Notes under the pieces: model-generated | What the model saw: only the letters and a program-made list of their open reading frames with translations | Database searches by the model: none | Told to the model about the DNA's origin: nothing | Program-made: the position numbers and the translations under genes | Assembly (NCBI GenBank): GCA_002633005.1 | Contig: NMRA01000147.1 | Location: 372,001 to 436,000 of the forward strand | Reading direction: 5' to 3' | Source of the DNA: Phoronis australis | Lineage: Eukaryota > Animalia > Phoronida | DNA length: 64,000 nucleotides | Shown here: positions 29,128-42,850 of the stretch, piece after piece | How positions within the stretch are numbered: position 1 is the stretch's first letter | Layout of the letters: every line of letters begins with the position of its first letter

Positions 29128-29882
29128 CAGAGCAAGCGTAGTTATCATGTTTCTTCTAGGGCCTCTTCATCCGATAGTCCAGTCATTCTACGGATGATCC
29201 GGAAAAAATGTAACAAAAGGTTTTATTGCATAAATCGTATCCTCTCACACCCCTTAGTGTGAGAAACAAGTCTACCGGAATCGGACTGGCGGAAGTTGGT
29301 TTTTCAAGATGGCAGACAAAATGGCCGCCAGATTTGCAGATGACAATTATAACTTGAGAGTGGAATGTGATAGAGTAAAAATTCAAAAAGGTTAACCTAT
29401 TTTTCGTAAGTCAACAAATCCATTGGAAATAGATTTGCATGATTGTGATGACACTGTTCACCATTTTCCAGGACGGCCGCCAAAACTACTTCGAGTCGCA
29501 CAANCAGAGCAAGCGTAGTTATCATGTTTCTTCTCGGGCCTCTTCATCCGATAGTCCAGTCATTCTACGGATGATCCGGAAAAACATGTAACAAAAGGTT
29601 TTATTGCATAAATCGTATCCTCTCACACCCCTTAGTGTGAGAAACAAGTCTACCGGAATCGGACTGGCGGAAGTTGGTTTTTCAAGATGGCAGACAAAAT
29701 GGCCGCCAGATTTGCAGATGACAATTATAACTCGAGAGTGGAATGTGATAGAGTAAAAATTCAAAAAGGTTAACCTATTTTTCGTAAGTCAACAAATCCA
29801 TTGGAAATAGATTTGCATGATTGTGATGACACTGTTCACCATTTTCCAGGACGGCCGCCAAAACTACTTCGAGTCGCACAAC
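29128..29882. other. Probable assembly overlap duplication (two ~376-bp copies around N at 29504)
   Basis: 29128-29503 and 29505-29882 are near-identical and joined by a single n. Confidence 0.85.
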
Positions 29883-32800
29883 TTTGCACGAACATATTGG
29901 TGTGTCGTCTTGCTTCAAACATTGCATCATAGATTTTCTGGGTCGAATAATCCATTGATACTCATTGCATTTGGCTATAATGATTACTTCCACCATTTCC
30001 AAGAAGGCGGACACAATTGCCACCGGATTTGCAGATGACCATTATAACTCGAGAGTGGAGTGTGATAGTGTAAAAACTCAAAAAGGCTTACCTATCTTTC
30101 GTGGGTCAACAAATCTATTGGAAATAGTTTTGCATGGCTGTGGTGACACCACCCGCCATTTTTCAAGATGGACCCCAAAACTATTTCGAGGTGCACAACT
30201 TCGCACGAACAGATTACTGTGTCGTCTTGCTTCAAACATTGCATCATAAGTTTTCTGGGTCGACTAATCCATTGAGACTCATTGCGCTTGTCTCTAATGA
30301 TTGCTTCTACCATTTTCTAAGATGGCCACCAAATTGTTGCTTCGCGTAAGAACTTCAGATTCCAGAGACACGCTATCGTCAAAGATTTCATATCTTGGGT
30401 TTTTATGCCAGCAATTTCATTATAATACTTTTTTTCTGGTTCTGATGATAACGACTACCATTTTCAAGATTGCTTAACGAATAATAAATTAATTGAGTGA
30501 AAAAAAACAGGTTCGACTGCACAGAAGGATCATTCTCCTCCTGAAGAAATGTGCTCTATCGAAAATAACTCTCTGCGATTAATTTAGTAATCTACAATCC
30601 ACACCATCTGTGTCACCTCCAGCAACAGTTGAAACAGGAGAAAGGCTAAGCAAAGTATGTTTAGCAAGTTAAACAGTTTATAAGTGCTTGCGCAGCTCCC
30701 ACTAATCTTCTCTTTAGCGATGTTACAAGTCTGTCTGAAGCAGTCATTCTCAGTCTGTCATCAAAATCTATACACAATCAACCAGTATTTACACAACTAA
30801 TTTCTGTCAACCGAGAATGAATTGCTGCAGCTTGTAATACGGCATTCTCCAGATGCAACAACCGAGCAGGGCAATCCTAGCCTCTTGCAAGTACATCTAA
30901 TGGAACTGCAGCTGGCCTTACACGAGCATCTTACTTTCAGAAGGTTATCTGGTGCTGCTGACTGGTCCGTCTGGAATTAATTTTCCACATGCCAGCATCC
31001 ATCCCCAATACAGCGAGTCTAGGCCACTTCCACGGAAACGTGACCGTCAAGTGGGCCACTCTTGCTCTTGATAATATGTCCCGGCAGAATGGAATTTACA
31101 TGTAGCTACTGAGCAAAGTTGGTGGTAATGGCTGTATTTGAACTGGGGCTAGTCTGGCACCTCATCCACAAATCGCCTGTAGCGGAGGTCACCCAAATTT
31201 CCTGAGCCAGTACCGCCATAAAGCATAGACAAAACTCTTACCAGCTTCAAACATATGTTACTTCAGCTGCGTGGGTCTAGTGAGTACTCTAGCGTTTTTG
31301 CAGAGTTCTCGATCACGCATTTTCTTGAATAGGAGAGCCCCTGCTAAAACCGAACAGCAGTAATGTTGTATTACAACCACCTATTGCATGCGCAAATGGC
31401 AAAACTGCGCAAGTTTCGGCACCAGAAGAAAACTGTAGTTTCTTGATGACCCAGACTCTTCTCTTGCTTTGGTACCTCTTGCCAAATTTCATGAACACTG
31501 GAAATTGTTGTGAAGTAGCATGGTAACACAAAAGAAGTCTGTGTCGTCTGCAATAAGGGTAGTTGGACCTTGTGATGTGTTCTACACTACTGCTTCTACA
31601 ATTAAAACATCTGCGTTACCTAGAGCTTGTAACACTGTGCAACAAGCATTGTCCAGCAAACTTGACAAGAAGTGAATGAATTGTTTGTTTTTTGCTCTTT
31701 GCCAAAAATGTTCGTTCTTTGACTTGATCACCATGTCACCATTGAAATGAACTTCAGTTACAACACTAGACCCAGTCTTCGAAAATGGGAGACATCTCTA
31801 GTTGATGATCCATCTCAGTAACCATCAAAAACAACAGTAGGCTGGGTGCACTTGCTGATGTAATCCACATGAACTCTACCAAACGACAGCCACGGTGCAC
31901 TCTGCGCATCTCCCATTTTGCAACCTCTAGTTAAACCTTCTGATGCTTTAATATTTTTCATGAGCCTTTGTTCAATTACAAGATCTTATGAAAAGCCTGC
32001 CCAGAATCTGTCACTTTGTCTTATGGCGTGCTGGCCGTAGACGTCTGGACGGGTTGCTGCGTCTGCTGCAAGTATATGTATGCAGATTTTGCACAAGAGT
32101 TGTGACCAGCAGCTGCGAAGTGAGCCAGCATTTCAGAAACTGCTTAAAGTGAAGCTCCCAATCTCACGTTATTTCTGCTTTTGAAAAATTTTAAGGATGT
32201 CAATCATCTTCAGATACTGTAGGCAAATAATAATGATTAGACTTTGCAAGGGCAAGTCTGATTTATGTGCTTCAATTATTATGGATACCTACAAGACACT
32301 CCGGAGAGCATACATCGCTGCTCAAAGACGCCAAACCATTAACAAGGTCACGCAGCTTCAGACCAGCTCTCAAATCATCATCAAGTATATCACTGGCCAT
32401 TGATTCTTCTGACGAACTATTCTCTGGCACTGCGAATTCTGTTTGAATATATCAGTGGCAGTAGGTCGGAAGGCAGAAGTGAACTTCCGTGAGGATATTC
32501 CACTGTAATCCAAGGTTTAGAATCGGAAGACACTGGCTGTGCATTGTATGCCCCAGCGTATGATCAGTTGCGATGTCTGAAGAATCTGTCTATATTCTGA
32601 CTAGCCAACGTTTATGTACAAGGATTGAATTGCTCCACCTCTTGGCACGGAATCTGTGTGTTCTGTGTTGGTGACATTCGGGACTCCTTGAATTTCTGAA
32701 GAATCGGGACTTCATTCTTCATTGGTTCTGGATTGGCGTTACTTGAACTGTCAATATTTGGAAGTGGGATGTGGAATGCTCTGGCTTTTATGACAGTATT

Positions 32801-34110
32801 CACTGCTGAGTCTACCAACATATGCCCCCTCACTGATCAATCCATACTTTTTCCAGTTAACAAAAGGATCACATTGATTGATGCATGCTCCAACTCAAGA
32901 ACTTCTTGAAGCCCTGTGCCTGACATTACGGATCCAATGCATCCCAGAAAGCTCATCTCAGTATGAAATCTGCCAAGCCTAGCTGGTTAAGAACAAGTGA
33001 CTGCAGATCACTGTAGTTTGGTTTGCTGCCACTAATTTCCTCTAAAATCAGTTACCTATGTTCATAAAAAGCATGCGTATTAAACAAATTGTGAGTATTA
33101 AATGTTGAAATTTAATTATTAACTTTTTGTTACACAATTTTATTTGCTTTTCATCAAATTTAGGTGAAATTAAAAACCAAATTTTCAACATATGCCAGGA
33201 GCAGATGGAATCATAGCTTGGGAACAACAAATAATATATCCAATAGCTGAGAAAAAAAGCCACTTCCTTTCCAAATTTATTCAAGGTTCGTGTAACGAAT
33301 AGTCCAATTACTCCACCAGAGTTATATAGTTTTCTAACAAATATTATTTTTGATACCTCAAATGAATATATTTTACAGAATAATAATTGAGTATGTGAAA
33401 TTTATTATGAAAATTCAACTAAAGCTTTTACTGAAAACACATTATAACTTTGGTGTTATATAATCTAAAATGTGATTAAAATTCCAATTTACTATCTAAA
33501 TCTATAAACTAATTATAAAAGCAATCAACTCATTAAACCTGGCTGTAGATTGTAAAATGTTTTTGTTTAAACGCCCATCAGGTTACAAACAATGTTTGCG
33601 GCAAATTGGGGTTTTGTGAATTGGCGGCCATTTTGTCAGCCATTTTGATTTTTTTCTCTCCAACCAGTGACCAATTGTAAGGTCCAGATATTTTCAGTGG
33701 TCTAACTTAAAAAAGAATACAAATTTTTGCCAATTTTTGGGCAAAATATGAAAAAAAATCTTTTAACATATACCAAATTGCCGTTTCGGCAGCCATTTTG
33801 TCGGCCACATTGGTTCTATTTTACAGAAAATTGGCATCTTTTGATTGGTGTGCCTGTTATGAAAAGTATAGAATCAATGACAAACTTTATTGTTTCATTT
33901 CCAGCTGTTACATATGAGTATCATGCCAGAAAGCGGTAAACACCGGTTTTGGGGATCATTTTTTTCTCCATCTTGAAAAACCGACTTCCGCCACTCCGAT
34001 TTCGGTAGACTCGTTTCTGGCACCAAGGGATGTTTGAAGATGCCATTTATGCAAAAAAAACCCTTTTTTTTCTAGGTTGGGCCCTCTGGAGCCCTAGAAT
34101 GACTGGACTA
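29552..34110 (-). mobile_element. Decayed Academ(X)-like DNA transposon
   Basis: TIR TAGTCCAGTCATTCTA...TAGAATGACTGGACTA with ~150 bp of further inverted similarity and 3-bp TSD CGA/CGA; minus-strand remnants RLGRFHTEMSFLGCIGSVMSGTGL, AHFAAAGHNSCAKSAYIYLQ and a C-terminal Cys cluster (RCSCKASCSSIRCTCKRLGLPC). The left TIR is duplicated at 29175 by the assembly artefact. Confidence 0.85.
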
Positions 34111-34799
34111 CGAGGGGTAAGGTGACTGTGCCTTCTGAGAGGAGAATTTTTTCTCCGAGTCGGGGGAAAAATCTACCTACCGATCACCATTAATAGCACC
34201 CTCGCCCTGTTGCAAGTTCTCACATAGGCTATGTCTTAATTTAGTAGTGTTTTGTGCCCTTTCAAATTGTCACCTGTATGGTAAGGTGATTTGAACTCCA
34301 GAGAAATTTTTAATTACTTGAGCAATTTTTAGGCTTCGTTGGAGAATTTCGCGTGATTTTTCAATATTTTTGAGTGGGGAATAGGGCCAATATTCGGCAC
34401 CAAAATCTATGGATTGAGGGCCCTCTCCTTTCTGGAAAGAAAAAGGCATCGTGTTTCAACCCGTAGTCATGAAAACATAGTCTGGCTGGCCGAATATTCT
34501 CCGGTTGTTGCTATGATACTAGGCAATCGAGATGCGACAAACTATAGGCTAACTCTTCGAAAACATGTGTAAAATTTACAAGGACATATTTTCCTTCGTC
34601 GCAGCCTATGGCAACGAGCCAACGCTTCCGAATTTCAGCCTCCTTAGGGATTGTAAAACATACATTTGAATTTTTCTAGCCAGTCAAGCAACGCAAAATA
34701 CAACTGCCGATAAGAGAACAGAGCTATCGTAGCGAGAATCGTTTTTGTAACGCGCCTGCTGTCGGCGTGAATTAGGTCTATTGCCTAAGTTAGCATGTT

Positions 34800-36420
34800 C
34801 CAAATTACAGTAATATCCTTTCCTGCTGAACTCTCCACAGGAAACGCTTATAATGAATTAAGAATGAAATGTTGTGCCAGTATAAATATAAAATAAACGC
34901 CGGTGTAAATAGACATTAACCACTTAGATTTAGGAATCATATTGTAATATGTGCTTCAAATCTAATTATTTTTGTTTTACAGACGTCTCGTCAGAAAGCC
35001 TCAGATCGCTTGTGCAGCTGCCATTTTGTTGACGATGTGAATGAAAATTACCCTACCTCGATTAGAAATAAGGAACTTTATAAGTACAGTGATCAGGAGC
35101 CACCCCAAAAGAAGAAAAAGTCAACCCTATTGAGCCCACTCTTTCTACTTCAGTTATTTCATCGCCATCGGTTATTTCCCAGTCAGTGTTGACCCCCTTT
35201 GTCAACAAAGCAATAATTGAGTTTCAGGATAGGGAAATCTCGGCACTTAAGAAGAAAGTGGACTATTCCGCTAAAACATTTCCATTAATGATAGTAAGAG
35301 TGACGATGCGGCGGTCTCGATGTTCCCTGGACTACGGAACTATGCTACCTTTTTGTGTTTGCTGGAGTTGTGCTCGAGGTTTGCTCTCACTTATTGGACT
35401 GGTTGGAATGTGACCGAGATAGGGAAGTTGGAACAGTTATTGATAACACTCATGATGCTTCGCCTCAACCTTTATTTATTTATTTATTATTGTGATATTT
35501 ACAATGAGGGTGGCCTCTTCAGTGATACCACTTCTTTCCAAGAGGGCCCTCAACAAGAAAAACAGTAATATAATACAATGAAATAATAAAACAACAATGA
35601 AATATACGTAACAAAGATACAATTAAAACAGGTTAAGAATTAAGACAATAACTAAATGACAAAAAATGGTAAAAATTTAACTAAGAAGGGTGAAATAAAT
35701 TAAGAGATGATTCTAGACCTTAAACAATCTAGATCTGGCTTACCGTTTTGGGTGCTCTAAGACTACCGTCACGAACATTGTAATTACATGGATCCATGTG
35801 GTTGACAAAATTCTTTGTCAAAATTTTAAAAATAAGCTGCCTTCTGTTAACCAAAACAAACAATTCTTTCGATCCGTTTTTAATGAATTCAGTAACACCC
35901 GTATTGTATTTGCATGATTGTATAAAAATTCAATATATTAAAATACCAAAAAACATGAGGGAGCAGAACCAAACATGGGGCTCCCACAAAAGTGCCATCT
36001 CCTTCAAAGGGTTTGTTAGAGTGGCATCAAATGGTGTTCTATTCTTTTTTAGTGGCCTCTATGGTGGCTGTATGTCCGTTAATGCAAACAGAAAGGACTG
36101 TGGTATTTTGAGCAAGTTATCAGGAGGCGACATGGTAATGGCGGATCAAGGTTTTGTCATTCATGATATTACGCCCAGTGGAGTGGGACTTAACATCCCC
36201 CCATTTTTAAACAATGGTCAGTTTTCAGAGCAGTAGTGTAGTGCATACTCAAAAGAAGCATTGCAAGGGGTCTTATTCACGTGGAAAGAGCCATCCAACG
36301 AATAAAGCGATTTGAAAATCTTGCCAACATTCCATGTAATTTGAGGCCTTTTGTCAATCGTGTTTGGCGTGCTTGTGCTGCATTAGATAAAAAATGCTTT
36401 CTAAAGAACGAGTTACAAAG
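34800..36420 (+). pseudogene. THAP + HTH + DDE_Tnp_4 transposase pseudogene (ISL2EU/Harbinger-related)
   Basis: RLCSCHF (THAP end), EQLLITLMMLRLNL...DLAYRFGCSKTTV (HTH), LYGG...GDMVMADQGF...LNIPPF...IHVERAIQRIK (DDE_Tnp_4); stops and frameshifts present. Confidence 0.88.
35473..35716 (-). mobile_element. Retroposon 3' end (LINE/SINE tail with (TAAA)n) inserted in the transposase
   Basis: Flanked by ACCTT/ACCTT TSD; its terminal ~78 bp match 44807-44884 in the opposite orientation. Confidence 0.75.
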
Positions 36421-36848
36421 CCTACAATATCATTGCTTCAGATTCATACAACTATTTCTCCCTTTGTACCGTACATACAATGCATTGTGATTATACATTA
36501 CTATACAAATAAAGCCTTAAGCACTTAACTAGACATGTACAAACACGATTAATATTGTTGTTCTCTATGAAACCTAACCTTACCGTTGTGAAATATATAA
36601 TTTTCATCGCCCGGGCTTACTTGCCTGTTTTGAACATTGATAATTTTGGCAACCAAGCATTTCTTGTCAGCTTGCTGTTGAGACAAAACAGCGACATGTA
36701 AAAAAAATTAAATGAAAAAAATGTTATGCATTAAAAACATTAGGACAATTGGCGAAAATATTGAAAATAAATTTCAATAGGACGAAACAGCGTCGCTCAG
36801 TGATTAGAGTTCCAAACTCATGTTTTGAACGAGTCAATTTATGTCAAA

Positions 36849-39800
36849 TAGCCACCCGACCCACAACAAATTGCAACAAAAGGTTTTACAGTGGTTTTGT
36901 GTTCTACTGCGTATACTTGTTAACAAGAAAATGTCTACCAAAACCTGACCACCGGAAATGGGTTAAAAGTGTGTCATTTCCACGATGGCCGCCATGACGT
37001 TTCGAAATCACCAAAAATATATATAATTTCTTCAATAAATGGTTTTGAGGGATGAGCAACTCGCCTGTGTGGTTAAAATTAAGATATGATCAGTATTTGA
37101 TATGACATTCAAGATGGCGGTAAAAAATCACGAACGAAAAATGACTGATTGGTTTATTATATCGGGTGGTCATTTCTAAAAACATTCATTGAAATTGCCC
37201 ATATGCAGATCAATCTATTTTCAGTACAACATAAAATATAATGATACACTGTGTTTTCGCTCAAGACAGAAAAGATACTTTTATAACCCAAAAATCAATG
37301 CCAAATTGGCCTACACAATTATACATAATTATCAAAGATGGTGACACTTAACAATAAATTTATTCAGAAGTATGTTTTCAAGGCTTTTGTCTTAGTCAGT
37401 TGGGTGCTACATTTTGCAGTCATGGTGTTTTCAAGTCCTGAGAACGAGCTAATTGGGGTTAATTACAACATGTTTTACACGAAGTCCTGACTGCAATCTA
37501 ATGAACTACAGTGTTTGGAATGCACTGACAAAGAATGTGTACCAAGGTATACGTTGTATTACGCTCAATAACTTAAGCTTGCAAAATTCCCCTTTACTAA
37601 AAGGCATCTGTCAGTATCAAAATGACTGAACAACAGGTGCTAATGAAGTATTTATGCGTCGACATGACGCTTGAACGAGTTGGTTACATTTTCATCCAAG
37701 AATGTTATGTTCATTACACGTATGCATACTGCCTCGGGTCAACCCTCATCTCTGTCTTCACGTTCCTCAGAATTTTTATTTAGTGGATTGTCACAATATG
37801 TCGCTAGGCACAATCTACATGTAGATGTACATGTACATGCAAGCCCATTCTTTCTGCAACTGCAACGGGGCATGCTACCAGCTGTAGTGCAGTTGCAGTG
37901 TATCATCTAGAGGAGTGCCTGGTGCAGCATTCACGGCAATTATGATGTGTACGAATTGATTGTCTTGCAGTCACCAGCCCCAGTCTAAACGATCCTGATC
38001 ATTTACCATCCCCATCCAAACCATGACCTGGTAGTACACTCGAGACAATGAAACCTCATGGCTGATTCCGTTGGTGGAAGACGTTCGGGAGTAGCGAATG
38101 ACTTAGCAGCAGCCAGCTTCTTTGTAATTATGGTGTAATGCACGGCAAACCAGAGAACACGTGCTCTCTCCACCAAACATTGCCACCATCGCTTGGTTGC
38201 CAAGTTTCTCTCAGCGAGGCTCACATTTTTCGTGGTGAATGTGTCTGCGCATGACTGGAGGACTTGGTCATCTTTCACGCGTTTCTGAGAGACTGAAGTC
38301 GTTCCAATGTCATATACACGAGACGTTGAATTGCATCCTGTGAAGGAGGGCAGAAATAGTAGCTGGGTACACAATTTAATCCTGAGCACACACCTCGTCC
38401 AATTTCAGATTGGTTCGTGACTGGTAGCCATATCTGAAACATAGTGGTTTCCCGTCAGCCATACAGTAATGGAACATAACATGTCAGTGTCCTCGCCGAT
38501 TACTGTGGTGGAATGCATATTAGACTCTTTACTGATGTCTTTTCAATGTCTACATCAGCGTCCCCTTCTGCCTGAACGGCTTTGCATCTCACTTTCTGCA
38601 GCTGGTCACTTATTAAAGCGATCAGTTGTTGCTTGTTATTGCCAGTGGATAGGAATTCATCTCACCTAATCATCAAATTCCGTTTCTCTGGTGAATTTCA
38701 CAGTCAGATAGCTGCTTATCTGTCTCTGTCTCAAAGTCATCCTTTATCGAAGGACCTGCACTATAACCATCAAAGAAAACAGTGGCTGCTTCAGAGTGCC
38801 TTGCCGTGAAGCCAGCGTATGCTCCAACAATTTTTCCATAGGTATATCTCTTCTTTCATTTGAGCTTGTGCAGGAAATATCCCCCATCAAGCGCATACCT
38901 TTCAGTCTGGAAACGTACTGAAGGTGTGGACTTTGGTGCTCCTTCAAAAGCATGGGCCTTGGAACAGCGGTCATAAACGGCTTGGGCCAGCTGAGGTCCG
39001 TTAGCCTTCTTCAAGATCAGGTTGTCCTCATAGAGACACTGTGGATGTGAACTGAGCTCGAAACTCACAACTTCCTCAAGAGACAAGTCGTCTCACCGGA
39101 ACACCACAAGGAATGGCTAAAAGAGTAAGCGAGGATCGATGGGTCCTTCAGCACCAACCTGGACTGCAGCTGCATTTCCCAGGGCCTGAGCATTCTCTCT
39201 CTTCTTAACAGAGAAAGAAAACACAGGTTTTCGAACCATTCTCTCAATGATTTTGTTCCCAACAGATTGATATCCATGCATGTTGACATCTGCGCTGTCG
39301 ACAACATCATTGCGTAGCACAGCCATTACCAGCAATATTGAAACCGTGAATTGCGCATGCGCGAAAATCACTCAGTTAGCCCCCTTCAGAATACATGGGA
39401 TTCGCAGAAAACACAGCGTGAGGGTCTTATTTATGAATCAATCACATTTGCCGATAGCACATAACATAGATAAGTATTTTGTTAAAAACGTGGCCAAGTT
39501 TCAGCAAAATTGGAAAAAAATTTATGTTTAACATGGTATGGCCAAAGTTTTGGCTTATTTTGTCGCTTCGATCAGTGGAATCGCCGCTAAAAACCCGAAA
39601 GTGCATGTGAGAAAACGATAATTTTGGACCAAGCCTTTCATGTGCGGTTAGTTGCCGATAGACCCAACAGATGTCAGTATAATCAAGATTGAAATGTAGG
39701 ATTTTGAAGAAAATTAGACAAAATTTTGTATTTAACATGGGGTCGCCGAAAATTGCCAATTTTGGCCTTTTGATATCAGTTTATCGTCATAGACTAGCAT

Positions 39801-41631
39801 TAGTGGGTCTAGTTAATTCGAAGTTTTTGGTTAAATCACTGATAATATTCACACCAGTATACTAATAAACGTTTTCTCTATATATAACAATTTGATTCCA
39901 ATGCTTAAGTAGTGCGTACAACAGGGATTAGCCCTTGACCGGCCCGGCCCATAGTGTTAGTGGGGGCTAAGAATTCAGCTCTAGGCCAAAGTAGCTATGT
40001 GCGGAAAACTCAGTCACCTGAGGTGTTTACGATCCACTTCAGAGAAAAAAAAACTCGTTGTACCTAACAATAATTTGTTTCCGAGTACTTCGGGCATGGT
40101 TTAAAATTGAAAGGGGTCATTACAAGTTGAATTTATGAGAATTGTATTGTTGCATTGCGAACAGTGAAAACTAGTCGATTGACGGGTAGTGCGAGACAAG
40201 GCAACGAGTAAATGAGGACAGCTTTGATTTGCTTACGAGTAGTGACTCATGATTGGCCAGACATCTGTAATAATATGTTTTGTCTTTCCTTTTCAACGGA
40301 ATATATTTGAACTTTGGTAATTTTGGGCTACGAAATGTAGAACAACCTTCCTGGTGAGTGCTTCTCTCCAGTAGACACGCGAAGAGTGAAGCGCTAACTG
40401 GTCCATAAGCGATGACCTAGTTTTCGCAGAGAACCTGGCGGATGACCTAGTTTACGAATTGCTGGTAATGGGGTCTGAGGAGAAGGGTGAAATTGCAGTC
40501 ATCTTTGTGCTTGTCTTTGGAAAGTTGCATGCATCTCTTTCAATTCTGGCAGCAGTTGCTTGTTTATGTTGTGCGCTTGTTGTGTACGTGAGGTCAGTGG
40601 AGTCCTGCAAGGTGATGCTCACCTCTGACGTTACGGTGACCAACATTGTCCACAATGTTCGCTGCTCCTCTGTTATCTTACTGCCATGAGTCAAGCCCCC
40701 TGTGTCTTTTAGCGATCGCATTTAGTAATTTTTTCAATGGCTAGATCACAGCTGAGGCCTGCCCAAAACTGGTTTGTTCGTCGAATCTTCGCATACACAG
40801 GGTGTTTGCTCTACATATTAGCTATTTCTTGTATGTAGAGGTAAGCAGATTTCAGGTAGATGTGGTGTCCAGCTGCAGCAAATATTGGCAAGGCATCACC
40901 AACAGCTGGCAAGTGATCATCCAAGACCGAGTGCGATCTGCCTTGATCATTGCCTGAGCAGTATGGAACATCTTCAGACCAGCCACAGACTTCTCATGAT
41001 GTGCACAATTGCGGCTGATTGTGCGACACTTCAGACAGATGTTGACATTTTGCCCTGGGTTTCTAGTTTCCTTGTGTGTTTTTTAAATAAAAACCATTGG
41101 CAAGCAAATATACACTAGACAATTTTTTGTAACTTTTATGTAAGTCAATGCTTTGGATTAAATATTAAATATTAATGCAATGTTCATATTTCAAAATAGT
41201 TCAGTCAAAATGCAATCGAATCTGAATGTTTTAAGATCATTCAATCAGAAACCGGTCATATCTAATCATACATTCGTTATAATTGATGAAGGGCAAATCA
41301 GTGAATACTATTCTTGAATTTTTGCCACCATCTTGAATTTCATATCAAATACTAATCCTATCTTAGTTTAAACCAAACCAGCGAGTTTCTCACCCCTTAA
41401 AACCATAGAATTGAACCAACAATTATTTCTCTATCTCAATAATTGAAGAAGTCATATCTATTTTTTGCGATTTTGAAATGTCGTGGCTGCCATCATGGAA
41501 ATGACGCACTTTTAACCAATTTCCAGTGGTCAGATTTTGGTAGACTTCCTTCCTGTTAATAAGAATAACCAGTAGAGCAAAGAACCTCCGTAAAACCTTT
41601 TGTTGCAATTTGTTGTGGGTCAGGTGGTATA
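36849..41631 (-). mobile_element. Second decayed Academ(X)-like DNA transposon
   Basis: ~300-bp imperfect TIRs (TAGCCACCCGACCCACAACAAATTGCAACAAAAGG... / ...CCTTTTGTTGCAATTTGTTGTGGGTCAGGTGG); remnants IFAAAGHHIYLKSAYLYIQ, MRSLKDTGGLTHG, FTGCNSTS (XPG-like GCD region), LPPTESAMRFH, WGW and a Cys-rich tail. Confidence 0.85.
39323..40471. mobile_element. Non-autonomous TIR element nested in the Academ ORF
   Basis: Perfect 14-bp TIR CCATTACCAGCAAT...ATTGCTGGTAATGG; removing it restores the frame S-D-P-V-L-R-N. Confidence 0.75.
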
Positions 41632-41690
41632 CTGACTCGTTAATTTAGGAGACCCGGGTTCGAAACCTGGCTTCACTGGCAGGTAAATGA
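41630..41690 (+). mobile_element. 3' half of a tRNA-derived SINE head
   Basis: gactcgttaatttaggagacccgggttcgaaacctgg contains a T-arm/B-box. Confidence 0.5.
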
Positions 41691-42379
41691 GCACTGCAGA
41701 AAGATGCCTCTTCCTCCTGAATGTAATGCGAGAACGAATTCTGATGGTGTGCTGTTTTAGCACGGATTATTGCCAGAGCTACATGTAGTGACAAGCAAGC
41801 TTTTGTCGGAGGAGGACATGCTATCCTGGAACAGTAAATACACTGTAAGCTTCCACGAATATTTCATCGGTGTCACCGGTGAGTTTACTGGCGGTCGACT
41901 TAGGTGTCAGCCATGGCCTGGTTCTTAGAATACAACTGCTGGCAAAATAAGTTCAGAAGAACACTTGCTACGACTGGCAAATGTTATTGTTGAATTATTA
42001 AGGAGTTTAAAGAATAAGAAAGACATTTTTGAGCCTGGTGTGTTCGTATTGGTTTGCTGCTATACTGTCAGGACCTCGGCAGAGAACGGCACCGACGTGA
42101 CTTGAATAGTGGAGATGTGTGAGATCAAATAAAGTACCATTTAACACACTCCTTTCCGTTCAGTCCTGTCTTTTGGCCAGTTTGCGTTTTCGATATCGAC
42201 ACTTTCAAAAATAAAATCTTGGACAACAGTCACTGTTGAGGGGAAACATTTCTCGCAGTTATACTTTTGGTCTGTTAATTGTAAATCAAAGTCAGTGATA
42301 TTTTTGTGGCGGAGTGATGCATAGCAATTCTCAGGGAAACGTTGCGGTGGTGATCGCACTGAAAAAAATTTAGCACAGG

Positions 42380-42530
42380 CAGGGGCTTATCCGGGATTTT
42401 TAGTTAGGGGGGCCACTACAAAGTATTAGCCAGGATTTTGCCCGTCAGACATTCGCACCCCCGAACTGCCAAATGGAATCCGGGAGTTTTTTGGGACATG
42501 GTCCCTTGGTCCCCTCTAAATCCGCCACTG
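42380..42530 (+). mobile_element. hAT-like MITE
   Basis: Ends CAGGGGCTTATCC...AATCCGCCACTG; internal match to 27112-27248. Confidence 0.65.
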
Positions 42531-42639
42531 ACTGGTGCGCGTTATAGCAATTCATATAAAGAGCGCAATATTTTAAGTTACAAAATTTCACTTGATTGTT
42601 GAAAATTAACATTGTGTGGATGTTTTTTTCTACCACTGT

Positions 42640-42850
42640 ACACTTCAAAGGCCAAGAAGTCCGGTGTCAAACTACAAAGTGCGCTGCCGGTAGCTGCGGC
42701 GATTACGTTTACTACGTAAACCAACACTGTGTGTATTATCTTTCTCATATGGAGTATATTAGCCTGCGTGAAAGTAGTTCACTTCTGTCATTTTGCGCGG
42801 TAGACGGCGCTTTTGTAAACATGGTGGCTCGCGATTTCTGGCTAGGCAGT
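42640..42850 (+). promoter_or_regulatory. Candidate housekeeping promoter / first exon of the TMEM55 gene
   Basis: Locally CpG-rich with gaagtccgg (ETS-like), actacaa (ZNF143-like) and aacatggtggc (YY1-like) motifs, then a possible donor a|gtaacc near 42848. Confidence 0.45.

Noticed and set aside
29183-30349. Pairs of near-identical short ORFs
   Set aside because: They come from the assembly duplication and the Academ subterminal ~315-bp repeats; non-coding.
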